Below are positions 8,423 to 17,410 of a stretch of DNA of 40,371 bases, one piece after another. The notes beneath the pieces are model-generated. The model was not told the origin of the DNA, did no database searches, and worked only from the letters and a program-made list of their open reading frames with translations. The first letter of the stretch is position 1; the number at the start of each line of letters is the position of its first letter. This stretch comes from Verrucomicrobiota bacterium (GTDB taxonomy: Bacteria > Verrucomicrobiota > Lentisphaeria > Lentisphaerales > Lentisphaeraceae): NCBI GenBank assembly GCA_039798785.1, contig JBDKFG010000043.1, positions 1-40,371 of the forward strand, given 5' to 3'. Both the position numbers and the translations under genes were made by a program.

Positions 8423-11242
8423 ATGGGCTTGTTCGACTTTTTCAAGAAACCCAAGGAAGCTCCAGGCGAGTCCGAAGCCGGCAAGGCTCCTGACCACCTG
8501 GCTCCGCCGCCGCCTCGATCCGACCTGATCCAGGCGACGCAAGGTCCGGAGCGGGCGCTACACGAGCGTGGCGTCACCAAGGCGGAGCTCTCGAGTTCGA
8601 ACCGGATCACCCTCAGCCGCAGCCAGACGGTTGACAACAGCATCCTCCCCCCTGCCCCTCCGGTCCTGCCGCAAAGTCATCTGCCCCACGCTCGCAAACT
8701 GGTGCTTGGAGAGCCCTTGGCGCCCGCCTCGCCGACCCTCGACGACACCCGTGCAGCCACCACTCTCGACGACATCCAGATCCTGCCGCCGCCGCCGAAA
8801 CCGGAAGCTCCGGCCCGCGCGTCGCAGGCCAGCGCCTTGAACAAGACACCATCACCCATCGCCTTGGCGCAAGGTTCGAGCGCCTCCCTCCCCGCCTTGG
8901 AATTCCTCCAGGTCCTACCCGCCCACTGCGTCGCCCCCGGAGCCGTCGCCCGCGCCAGCGCCAGCAAGGCCCAGGTTCCGATTTCGAAGGAGGAGGCGAT
9001 CGGCCTCCTCAGCCTCGGATCCTTCCGCTTTTACGCCTGCGGCGTCTGCGACAAGCTGCCGCCGGAATACCTCACACCGATGGCCGCCCGCGACGAAAGC
9101 ATTATCGAAATCCCCCTGATCAAGATCCTGCCCGTCATCCCCGGGGAATGGCTGCAGATCTCGGGGCAGGACGACAGCCGCCTCGCCATTCTCGAATCGA
9201 TCAACGACCCCTTCCGCGACGTCTTTGTCAAGCAGGCTCCGCGCTCCCCGACGGCGCCTCCCGCGCCCTCGATGCCGCAGCAGGCGCCCCCCCTCCCCGC
9301 CCGGCGAACCGAGGGACTCCTGCTGCCGGCGGCCAGTCTCGCCTCGCGCCTGCCTTCCGCACACCTCGGCAAGCCGGGAAGCGCAGAATTGAGCTTCGAC
9401 AAGGATGTCGCCCTCGAGCTCCTCAGCCGCGGCAGCTTCGCCCCTAGCTATTCCCTCCTCGCCAGGATCGCACCGGCACTCCTGCGCGCCGATGCTGCAC
9501 AGCTAGAAGAAAATTGCGAAGTTCCGCTCGCCGAGATCCTGCCTCTCGTCCCCCCCGCCTGGCTTGAGCCCGCCGCGAACCAGGACCGCAGCCGACTCGC
9601 CACCCTGGACGCGATGACCGACCCCTTCAGCGGCGCCTTCGCCGAGCCCCCGGCCAAGGCCAAGGAAAAGCCGGCGGAAACCGTCGCCTCGCCCCCGCCA
9701 ACTCCTGCCGCTCCGCCCCCGGCCGCTCCGCCGCCTGCTACCGCTCCCAAAGCCTCCAAGATCCATGGCTCGGGACTGGATCTGATCATGGGGGACGCCT
9801 TTGCCGAAAGCGGCGCCAAGATCAAGGAGCCCACCGCCTTCGAGATCAACGTCGAAGACACCATGATCGGCCGCCGGCCGCCGCAATCTGAAGCCGGCAA
9901 GCCCAAGACCCTGCCGCTTCGCAGCACCAACGCCTCCCCGCCCCCACCGCCGGAAACCCCGCCAAGCAGCGGCATCAAACCCAAAACCCTGCCCCTCAAG
10001 ACCAACGCCAGCTTCGACGTGGACCTCGTTGAAGAAGACAAGTCAGCGCCCTTGGTCAAGGCGAAATCCATCCCCTTGAAAACCCATGCCGGCCTCGATC
10101 CGGCCGGGGCCAAGCCGAAGCCTCCTCTTCAGAAAGCCGACGCCCCCAAGCCCAGGAAGCAGGCCGAGGAGGACGCCATCTCCCTCGACTGCGTCGAGGA
10201 GCAGCCGCTCCTCCGCCAGGCTCCGCCCCCCCTGCGGCCCGGAGGAGTCCGCAAGGAGATCGTCTCGCTTGAAGCGACCGAAGACGGCCTCTCCCCCCGC
10301 CCTTCCACCGAGGCCCAGTTCATCCCACCTCCTCCCACGCCCAAACCCCTGGCCGCCGCCATCCCTCGCCCCCCCAAGAAACCCGCGCCCCAGACCGAGT
10401 TCGAACGCGATCAGGATCTCGTCCTGGTCAGCAGCAGCACCCCCGCCACCCCGAAAAACCTCGACACCAGCGTCAAGGAATTCAGCCGCTCGCAGGCGAT
10501 GAAGGTCGAGGCGTCTCATCAGCCCAGGCCTCCCGAAGCCAAGATCGAAGCGCCTCCGCAGCCCCTGCCGCAAGTGCCTCAAGCCGCCGACGACCCGGCC
10601 AGACGCAGCACCGCCCCCTGCGTCATATCACTGCGAAGCGCCAAGGCCGACAACCTGCTCGATCTGCCCGGATACAGCCCCGCCGCGGCAGCCGCCTTGA
10701 TCGCCGCCGCCCGCGACGGCAGGATCACCGATCTCGCCTCGATCGCCGCTGTGCCGGGCATCGACACCGCCAGCTTCCAGCTCCTCACCGGCCTCAAGCC
10801 CGGCGATTCCCTGCTCGCCGCCGAACGCCGCCTCAACCTCGCCGCCGGACTGCCCCCCGACCGGGACTTCCCTCTTTCCGCCCTGCTCGCCGGACTTGCC
10901 CGCAATCTCGGCTGGAAGGCCGCCTTGCTGATCTCCCCGGGAGGCCTTCGCGCCGGCGCCTCCGGCGACACCGACAGCATTTCCCCAGAGCTCGACCTCG
11001 CCGCCGCCGTCATCCCGCAGCTGATCCGCCGCAGCAGCCACAGCTTCGGCCATGCCGGCCTGCCGCCTTTGAACGAAATCTCCATCCATCTCGAGGGCCA
11101 CAACCTGCGCTTCCTTCCCTGCGGCGAAGCCTTCCTCATCCTCTCCCTCCCCGGCCGCGACCCCGAGCCGGAACTGATGCGCCGCACCCGCGAAGCCGCC
11201 GCCCAGCTCGCCTGGTACTGCTCGCACCGCCTCGTCCCCTGA
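8423..11242 (+). CDS. 939-aa Pro-rich modular protein: duplicated ~105-aa domain, ComEA-like helix-hairpin-helix, C-terminal Roadblock/LC7 (MglB-like) domain
   Basis: Long ORF with host-like codon use; HhH-like ISLRSAKADNLLDLPGY...DLASIAAVPGID; Roadblock-like GWKAALLISPGGLRAG...LAAAVIPQLIRR...EISIHLEGHNLRF. Domains recognised by eye. Confidence 0.7.
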   Translation: MGLFDFFKKPKEAPGESEAGKAPDHLAPPPPRSDLIQATQGPERALHERGVTKAELSSSNRITLSRSQTVDNSILPPAPPVLPQSHLPHARKLVLGEPLAPASPTLDDTRAATTLDDIQILPPPPKPEAPARASQASALNKTPSPIALAQGSSASLPALEFLQVLPAHCVAPGAVARASASKAQVPISKEEAIGLLSLGSFRFYACGVCDKLPPEYLTPMAARDESIIEIPLIKILPVIPGEWLQISGQDDSRLAILESINDPFRDVFVKQAPRSPTAPPAPSMPQQAPPLPARRTEGLLLPAASLASRLPSAHLGKPGSAELSFDKDVALELLSRGSFAPSYSLLARIAPALLRADAAQLEENCEVPLAEILPLVPPAWLEPAANQDRSRLATLDAMTDPFSGAFAEPPAKAKEKPAETVASPPPTPAAPPPAAPPPATAPKASKIHGSGLDLIMGDAFAESGAKIKEPTAFEINVEDTMIGRRPPQSEAGKPKTLPLRSTNASPPPPPETPPSSGIKPKTLPLKTNASFDVDLVEEDKSAPLVKAKSIPLKTHAGLDPAGAKPKPPLQKADAPKPRKQAEEDAISLDCVEEQPLLRQAPPPLRPGGVRKEIVSLEATEDGLSPRPSTEAQFIPPPPTPKPLAAAIPRPPKKPAPQTEFERDQDLVLVSSSTPATPKNLDTSVKEFSRSQAMKVEASHQPRPPEAKIEAPPQPLPQVPQAADDPARRSTAPCVISLRSAKADNLLDLPGYSPAAAAALIAAARDGRITDLASIAAVPGIDTASFQLLTGLKPGDSLLAAERRLNLAAGLPPDRDFPLSALLAGLARNLGWKAALLISPGGLRAGASGDTDSISPELDLAAAVIPQLIRRSSHSFGHAGLPPLNEISIHLEGHNLRFLPCGEAFLILSLPGRDPEPELMRRTREAAAQLAWYCSHRLVP

Positions 11243-11247
11243 AAACC

Positions 11248-12795
11248 ATGCGCCTCGCCGCCTTCATCCTCGCCCTTGTCGCCGCCACGGCGACGGCGGA
11301 AGAGCGCGAGGAAACCACGCTGCGCATCCTCCACAGCAGCGACGTCCATTCCCGGCTCGACCAAGGCGCAAGCCCGGGACGCGGCGGCTGGCTGCGCCTG
11401 GCCGCCAAGGTCGAGTCGGAACGGCGTAGGCTCGGACGAGACCGCATCATCCTCCTCGATTCCGGCGATGCCTGCCAAGGCAGCGAAGCGGCCCTCCTCA
11501 GCCGCGGCGCCTGCGGTGCCGCCATGCTCCGCCAACTCGGCTACGACGCCTGGGCACCCGGCAATCACGACCTCGATTTCGGCCCAAGCCGCTTCCGCGA
11601 ACTGGTCGCCGCCGCCAAAGTCCCCTGCCTCGCCGCCAATCTCAGCGTCGCCGGCGGCCAGGAGATCCAACCCTGGACCCTGATCGAACGCCGCGGCTGG
11701 CGCCTCGCCGTCATCGGCATGCAGGCCGGCTACCTCGAAAACTGGTTCCGCCCCCGCGAACTGCAGGGACTCAGCGTCAAGGGCATGGAGGAAAGCCTCC
11801 GCGCCTGCCTGCCGGAAATCAAGAGAGCCCGCCCCGATCTCATCCTGATGATCTGCCACCAGGGACTGCTGTCACGCGACCCGCGCGGCGTCAACGAAGT
11901 GCTCGCCGCCAGCCGCCGCTTCCCCGAGATCCGCCTCGTCCTCGGCGGCCACACCCACCGCGAATACCCGGGACTCCTCTGCGCCTCCGGCTCCTGGTAC
12001 GTCCAGCCGGGATTCCACGCCGACAAACTCGCCGCCGTCGACCTTCACTTCGTCCCCGGCCAGGGCCTCGCCGGCATCGAATCGGAACTCCTCGATCTTG
12101 GCGACGGCCCCGGCGATGCCGCCGCTGCCGCCGCCCTCAAACCCTATCTCGACGCCGCGACAGAGGAAAAACGCCGCCCCATCTGCAATCTCGAACGCCC
12201 TCTCAAAGCCGGCCGGCCGGGACAAGACTGCCAAGTCGCCGCCCTGCTCGGCGAAGCCCTCTGCCGCAGCACCGGTGCCGACATCGCGATGCAAGGGAAT
12301 TTCGGCCGTGGCGAAATCAGCGGCGCCATCACCGGAGCCGAGCTCTTCCGCCTCGTCCCCTACGAAAACGGCATCGTCAGCTTCGAGATCCTGCCGGAGG
12401 AACTTCCCGGCCTCGTCGAGGAACAGGAGAAATGGCGCGAAAGCTCCGGCTTCCAGGCCCCGTGGGGATTCACCGCCACCCTGCGCCCAGGCCAGCGACC
12501 CGAAATCTCCCTGCCGCCGCAACTGGCGGACCGCCGCCGCCTCCGCCTTGCAGTCTCGAGCCGCAGCGCCGCGGGCGGCGGCGGACGCTACCCCCTGATG
12601 AAACGCCTCGCCGCCGATCCCTCGCGAAATGCCGTCGACCATTCAGCCGGACTCCGCCAGGCCCTGGAGGATAGGCTGCGCCTCGCTCCGCCAGGAGAAT
12701 TCCGAGCCTCCGTCCTGCGCCCCAGGCAGCCGCGGCAAAATGGCGTAAATTCCCTTCAAGCCGAGGAGAAAACCGATGAGCAAGCCGAAAATTGA
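11248..12795 (+). CDS. bifunctional metallophosphatase/5'-nucleotidase
   Basis: Signal peptide; ILHSSDVHS, LLDSGD, PGNHDLD, ICHQG, LGGHTH; C-terminal domain with LVPYEN. Confidence 0.9.
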   Translation: MRLAAFILALVAATATAEEREETTLRILHSSDVHSRLDQGASPGRGGWLRLAAKVESERRRLGRDRIILLDSGDACQGSEAALLSRGACGAAMLRQLGYDAWAPGNHDLDFGPSRFRELVAAAKVPCLAANLSVAGGQEIQPWTLIERRGWRLAVIGMQAGYLENWFRPRELQGLSVKGMEESLRACLPEIKRARPDLILMICHQGLLSRDPRGVNEVLAASRRFPEIRLVLGGHTHREYPGLLCASGSWYVQPGFHADKLAAVDLHFVPGQGLAGIESELLDLGDGPGDAAAAAALKPYLDAATEEKRRPICNLERPLKAGRPGQDCQVAALLGEALCRSTGADIAMQGNFGRGEISGAITGAELFRLVPYENGIVSFEILPEELPGLVEEQEKWRESSGFQAPWGFTATLRPGQRPEISLPPQLADRRRLRLAVSSRSAAGGGGRYPLMKRLAADPSRNAVDHSAGLRQALEDRLRLAPPGEFRASVLRPRQPRQNGVNSLQAEEKTDEQAEN

Positions 12796-13096
12796 AATCC
12801 ACTACTGCCCGAAATGCCGCTGGCTGCTGCGCTCCGCCTGGCTCGCCCAGGAACTGCTCACCACCTTCGAAGACGATGTCGGCGAACTCTCCCTCATCCC
12901 CTCCGAACAATCGGGCGTCTTCCAGGTCTTCGCCAAAGGACGACTCGTCTGGTGCCGCAAACTCGCCGGCCGCTTCCCCGAAGCCAAAGAACTGAAAACC
13001 CTGGTCCGCGACGAAATCGCTCCGGGCAAGCCCCTCGGCCACTCCGAATGCCAGCTGCCCGCCAAATCCGGCGAAGCCGTCCCTCCTTGCCCCTGA
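12776..13096 (+). CDS. SelT/SelW/SelH (Rdx family) protein
   Basis: IHYCPKCRWLLRSAWLAQELLTTF...FPEAKELKTLVRD; GAGGAG RBS. Confidence 0.92.
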   Translation: MSKPKIEIHYCPKCRWLLRSAWLAQELLTTFEDDVGELSLIPSEQSGVFQVFAKGRLVWCRKLAGRFPEAKELKTLVRDEIAPGKPLGHSECQLPAKSGEAVPPCP

Positions 13097-13981
13097 TCAC
13101 ACCTCCTTGCCGAGATGCCGGACAAATAGCTCCTCAAGAGAAAGATCCTTGGGAATCACCTGCAGGCCCCTGATCGAACCCAAGTGATCGAGGACGCGCT
13201 CGTCGGCACATTCCAAGAGGCAGTTCCACACCAGGCCGTTTTTCTGGACTTGGATGAGACCGGGAATGACAAAGTCCGGCTCCGGTTCACGGTCGAAAAG
13301 AAGCTGCACCGAGCGGAAGCGACGCTGGATCTCTTCGAGGCTGTCGAACAAGGTCAGCTTTCCCTCTTTCATCACCGCGATGTGATCTGCCAGGCGCTCC
13401 AGATCGGCGAGCAGGTGGGTCGATATAATCAGGGTGCATCCTTCGACCGCACCGAGCAATTCGATCAAGGCGTCGAGCAGATCCCGACGCGAGATCGGGT
13501 CGAGCCCCGCCGCCGGTTCATCGAGGAGGAGCAGTTCGGGTCGCGCCGCCAGGGCCGCCGCCACCGCCAGCTTGCGCTGCTCGCCACCGGAAAAACGGCC
13601 GATCAGCCGCTTCGGATCGATGCAGAAACGTTCCAGCCCGCGCCGCGCCAGATCGATGTCCCAGCGCTCATAAAAACCGCTCATGTAATCGAAGAGCTCC
13701 AGCGGCGTCATCTCCTCCGGCAGACGCTGCTGCTGGCTGACATAGGTCACCCGCTCGCGATGCGCCGCCGAAGCGCTGATGTACTCCGCCCCCAGCAGCT
13801 CCACCTTGCCGCCGTCGGGACGCAAGAGCCCCATCGCCAAACGCAGCAGCGTCGTCTTGCCCGCGCCGTTGCGCCCGAGCAGGCCCAGCACCGAGCCTCG
13901 CGGCAAGCGCAAAGTCACCTGGTCGACGACCTTCCGGGATCCATAGGCCTTACTCAGATTTTCAGCATAAAAAGCGTCCAT
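13097..13981 (-). CDS. ABC transporter ATP-binding protein (YtrB-like)
   Basis: Walker A GRNGAGKTT, signature FSGGEQRK, Walker B LLLLDEP, STH; ATG at 13981 overlaps the upstream TAA. Confidence 0.95.
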   Translation of the reverse strand: MDAFYAENLSKAYGSRKVVDQVTLRLPRGSVLGLLGRNGAGKTTLLRLAMGLLRPDGGKVELLGAEYISASAAHRERVTYVSQQQRLPEEMTPLELFDYMSGFYERWDIDLARRGLERFCIDPKRLIGRFSGGEQRKLAVAAALAARPELLLLDEPAAGLDPISRRDLLDALIELLGAVEGCTLIISTHLLADLERLADHIAVMKEGKLTLFDSLEEIQRRFRSVQLLFDREPEPDFVIPGLIQVQKNGLVWNCLLECADERVLDHLGSIRGLQVIPKDLSLEELFVRHLGKEV

Positions 13982-14955
13982 TAGAATCCTCCGGGGGGCA
14001 TGATGGTGAGGTAGTAGCGATAGAGCAGGGCCGCCGCGACAAAGAGCAGCGCGGCGATGTAGAAATAGCGGCGGCAGAAGGGGCGGAAGCGGATGAGAAA
14101 AAAGGGAACTACCAGGACTATCAGGAGTGAAAACCAAGGAAGAGACAGAATGAATATTTGCTGCCATGCTAGCCATTTGAAATTGCGAATCGCGTCAGTA
14201 ATCACTTGACTGAAAAGCCAGATTGCAGAGCCCGCGATTAAAAGACTCGGGGTGAGTATGGCGAAAATCACCGTCACCAGCCGCCATCGAGATTTTTTTT
14301 CGGAAAAATCCTCTGTCGGACTCACTGGCACCTCGCGACGTTTTGCACATGCATACAAACCGCAACCCAGAACAACCACGCCGACCAGGATAACAAAAAA
14401 TTCAGACGAACTCATCTCAATTAAGGGTACGCTAGCCGCCGAGGCGATGAGCTGCATCGGCAATCGCAATATCCGATGACGTAGAACCCAGTTGATCGCC
14501 GTCAAGATGAGGATGGCAAAACTCAGGGCCAACAACGATTCAACAAGCGAAGCCTTGAAAAATCCATGATCTGTCGATTCCTCACTGATCCAGATCCGCA
14601 ATACACTCATCAGCACCGTGATCACACTGATCAGCAGCATCGGCAGCCAGGCCCCCAAAACCAGCACCTGCAAACGCAGCACCGGCCTGGCCGGCAGCAC
14701 CGCTTCAAACTCGGCCCCTTTCACGTCTTCACAGGTCCAGATGTGGCACAGTGCATAACAGGCGATCACCCAACAGACGACAAGCTCATTGTAGTGCTCC
14801 ACCACTCCCGCCAGCACCAGCGCCGGCAGGATCAGCAGCACCAGCCAGCGCATCAGTCCCCGCTGCCGCTCGTCGCGGGCCCACAGCGCCTTCAGGTGGG
14901 CGCGGTCGCGCGGATCGCGAATCCAGAGCGAATGAATGAAAAGCCAGGGATTCAT
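13981..14955 (-). CDS. multi-pass membrane protein, probable ABC-2-type permease
   Basis: Many hydrophobic segments; EFEAVLP motif; translationally coupled within the GntR/ABC operon. Confidence 0.75.
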   Translation of the reverse strand: MNPWLFIHSLWIRDPRDRAHLKALWARDERQRGLMRWLVLLILPALVLAGVVEHYNELVVCWVIACYALCHIWTCEDVKGAEFEAVLPARPVLRLQVLVLGAWLPMLLISVITVLMSVLRIWISEESTDHGFFKASLVESLLALSFAILILTAINWVLRHRILRLPMQLIASAASVPLIEMSSSEFFVILVGVVVLGCGLYACAKRREVPVSPTEDFSEKKSRWRLVTVIFAILTPSLLIAGSAIWLFSQVITDAIRNFKWLAWQQIFILSLPWFSLLIVLVVPFFLIRFRPFCRRYFYIAALLFVAAALLYRYYLTIMPPGGF

Positions 14956-16910
14956 GAGATCGCTCCTTGGTCGTGAGTTTCAGGCAAAGGAGGGCAGGCG
15001 TCTCGCCTGTCACTTCCACGGGCAGGACGCCCGTGCTCCTTTCTTGAGCAACAAGCTCGAGATCGATCAGCCGGCAGGATGCTGGCGAGCCCAGTGGAGC
15101 GCTTCAGAAAATGATCCCTCACCGGAATCCCTTCCTTCTTCCACTCGGCCCCCACCTTGGCCTCAAAAAGGGCGAGTCCGACGACGATCAAAAAGCCGCC
15201 GAGAGGTAGGGACCAGAGCAAACGGCGGGGACCCAGAATCAAGCCGAAACCGATCAGGCTGGCGATGATGAAGATTTCACCAAAAGAGAGCCGGAAACTG
15301 GAATCAAAGTCCGGGTTTTCGCCTTCCCCCATCGGCAAGAGCCGACGCTGATCACAAGGCCATTCACCTGGGAAAACGAGCTCCGGATAGGCTTTTCTCC
15401 AATACGCCTTCTCACGACCTTTCTCGAAGGCCTCGGCACTCGCAAAACACTCTTTGGCAGTCTTCGGCATGAAGGAGCTTTCATCATCCAGAACCATGGC
15501 GCGAACCCACAAGGATTGCCCTTGCGAAACCCGCATCGGAGTCTGGCAGAACCTCGGATCCAGAAGATCGTCGGTCAGTATTGTCCACCTACCAACAATG
15601 ACGTTTCCATCGTTGTTGCCGATCTCGCGAAAAATCACGGTGAAATCGCTGTCACGATAGAGATGGATGATCGGCCGATGAGTCACGCATGCTTGGTAGG
15701 TACACGAGTCGATAGGAAGCTGGCGCCAAGCGAAAACACTTGGCTCCGCGCCATAGGCATAGAGTGTGAGACCTGAGATGTCGTACATACCCGAATTCAC
15801 TTTCTTCTCTTCGGCCAGGATGATCTTGCCGCTGATCTCGTCTCGCAGGACGACTTGGATCAAATGGGACTTGTCTCTGAAAGTCTCGAGGTCTTGTAGA
15901 TTCATTCTGCGCTCAACGCTCGGCTCTCGCAGCAAAACTTCACCTTGATCGAGCTGGGCCCGGACGGCCAAACGTTCCTGCCAGAGCTCACGGCTTTTCT
16001 GATGAAAATGGATCAAGGCCAAGACAGGCAAGAGGATCAAAATCACTCCGACCCAGGCTCGTGCGGCTCCCAAGCCAAGACGCGACCATTGCGGCTTCGG
16101 CAAGCTCGGCGCCGACAGAGACTCCTCACTGCTCGCCGCGCTCACCTCGCGCTCATCGACAAACCAATCGGCGAGCCACCAAAGCAAGGGGAAGGCGACA
16201 AGCAAGCTCCAAAGGACCGCGGGTTCACGAACGATGTAGCCTTTTAAGTTCCATTCCCAGGCAAAAAAGACATTAGAAAGATCAAGGCCGTGAATCTGAT
16301 CGAAACGCCCCCCAATCATCACGGCGATCAAAACGATCCACAAACCGAGTCGCATCAAAACGCTCCGGCATACCCAGTGAAGCAAAGCGAGACAGGCAGC
16401 CAAGAGGATGGGCAGGAAGATGACCGGCAGAAGATGGAATAGAGGCAACTCGTCCTCCTCAGATTTGATTGTCGGAGTATGCCAAGATTCCCCCCACCAT
16501 TCCCTTCGCATCACCCAAGGCCCATCGAGGAAAAGTCCCCAGAATTTCACCGCCAAATCCAAGGACACCACGACCGTGCCGAAGAGGCTCAGCGCAGCGA
16601 TCGGCAGGACAATCGTGGCGACATCGTATTGCCAATAGAGCCGACGCGGTACCGGCAAGGTGAAGGCGAACTCCTCTTGATGGCGCCCCAAGGCGCGGAA
16701 GGGATGAGCCAGCAGGAAGGCGGCGGCGCAGAGGAAGATCAGCAGTTCCTGGGGACGCGAAATCACTTGCATTAGAAGCAGCGCCAAGCTGCCGCCGATG
16801 AGCCAGCAGATCGCCCCATTCCGCCGCGTGTCGCGTCGATACAAGGCCGCTACATGATGGGATTCCCGTTCATCACGAGCAAGCAGTTTTTGCAGAAGGC
16901 GCAAATACAT
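14952..16910 (-). CDS. multi-pass membrane protein, probable ABC-2-type permease with a large soluble domain
   Basis: EFAFTLPVPRR motif; N-terminus paralogous to the neighbouring permease; AGGAG RBS. Confidence 0.75.
   Translation of the reverse strand: MYLRLLQKLLARDERESHHVAALYRRDTRRNGAICWLIGGSLALLLMQVISRPQELLIFLCAAAFLLAHPFRALGRHQEEFAFTLPVPRRLYWQYDVATIVLPIAALSLFGTVVVSLDLAVKFWGLFLDGPWVMRREWWGESWHTPTIKSEEDELPLFHLLPVIFLPILLAACLALLHWVCRSVLMRLGLWIVLIAVMIGGRFDQIHGLDLSNVFFAWEWNLKGYIVREPAVLWSLLVAFPLLWWLADWFVDEREVSAASSEESLSAPSLPKPQWSRLGLGAARAWVGVILILLPVLALIHFHQKSRELWQERLAVRAQLDQGEVLLREPSVERRMNLQDLETFRDKSHLIQVVLRDEISGKIILAEEKKVNSGMYDISGLTLYAYGAEPSVFAWRQLPIDSCTYQACVTHRPIIHLYRDSDFTVIFREIGNNDGNVIVGRWTILTDDLLDPRFCQTPMRVSQGQSLWVRAMVLDDESSFMPKTAKECFASAEAFEKGREKAYWRKAYPELVFPGEWPCDQRRLLPMGEGENPDFDSSFRLSFGEIFIIASLIGFGLILGPRRLLWSLPLGGFLIVVGLALFEAKVGAEWKKEGIPVRDHFLKRSTGLASILPADRSRACCSRKEHGRPARGSDRRDACPPLPETHDQGAIS
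14986..15094. repeat. cluster of three REP-like palindromes inside the 3' end of a CDS
   Basis: AAAGGAG-GGCAGGCGTCTCGCCTGTC...ACGGGCAGGACGCCCGTG-CTCCTTT (14986-15042, inverted doublet) and CAGCCGGCAGGATGCTGGCGAGCCCAG (15068-15094). Confidence 0.7.
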
Positions 16911-16921
16911 CAGCAGTTCTC

Positions 16922-16946
16922 CTGGGAGCCCTGGCGTCCCGCCGGG
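16922..16946 (+). repeat. REP-like palindrome
   Basis: CTGGGAGCCCTGGCGTCCCGCCGGG; same GGAG + GGCGTCNNGCC architecture as the copies at 14986-15094. Confidence 0.6.
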
Positions 16947-16974
16947 TGTTTTCTTGCGTGGGTCATGAAGATCC

Positions 16975-17349
16975 TCAGCTGTGTTGGTCGAGTTGATCGG
17001 CGAAGAGGCGATTCAGGCGCGAGGGGGAGAGTCCGGCGGCGCGGCCGCGACGGATACATTCGGCCAGTTCGGCGGCGATCTGCTGCTCCGCCTCGGCGGC
17101 GGATTGCGGCTTTGCGGTGTCCGCGACAAAAACGCCGCGACCGGGCTCCTTGACCAGGAAACCCTTTTCCGCCAGCTGATCGTAGCCACGCTGCACGGTG
17201 AGGGGATTGATCTGCAACTGCGCCGCCAAATCGCGGATCGAAGGAAGCTGCTCGCCAGAGCGCAAACTGCCGCGACGGATCAAAAGCTGAATCTGCTCCT
17301 CGATCTGGCGATAGACCGGAACGCCGCTATGGGGATTGATGTGTAGCAT
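16975..17349 (-). CDS. GntR family regulator, YtrA subfamily
   Basis: 124 aa; PVYRQI, GEQLPSIRDLAAQLQINPLTVQRGY, GRGVFV; heads an ABC operon. Confidence 0.93.
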   Translation of the reverse strand: MLHINPHSGVPVYRQIEEQIQLLIRRGSLRSGEQLPSIRDLAAQLQINPLTVQRGYDQLAEKGFLVKEPGRGVFVADTAKPQSAAEAEQQIAAELAECIRRGRAAGLSPSRLNRLFADQLDQHS

Positions 17350-17360
17350 GGGATCCTCAA

Positions 17361-17410
17361 CTGTATTAATCAACTAATACGGCCAAGGCGAACCCAATAC
17401 AAGAGCAACA
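17361..17410 (-). promoter_or_regulatory. YtrA-type operator overlapping a putative promoter
   Basis: Palindrome CTGTATTAATCAACTAATACGG (17361-17382). On the minus strand TTGTAT-N17-TATTAG places the -10 inside the operator. Confidence 0.7.

Noticed and set aside
12802..12819. Possible selenocysteine in the SelW-like protein
   Set aside because: Both motif codons are TGC (CPKC); no in-frame TGA.
13981..16910. Diversity-generating retroelement as the cause of the variable permeases
   Set aside because: No reverse transcriptase and no template/variable repeat pair visible.
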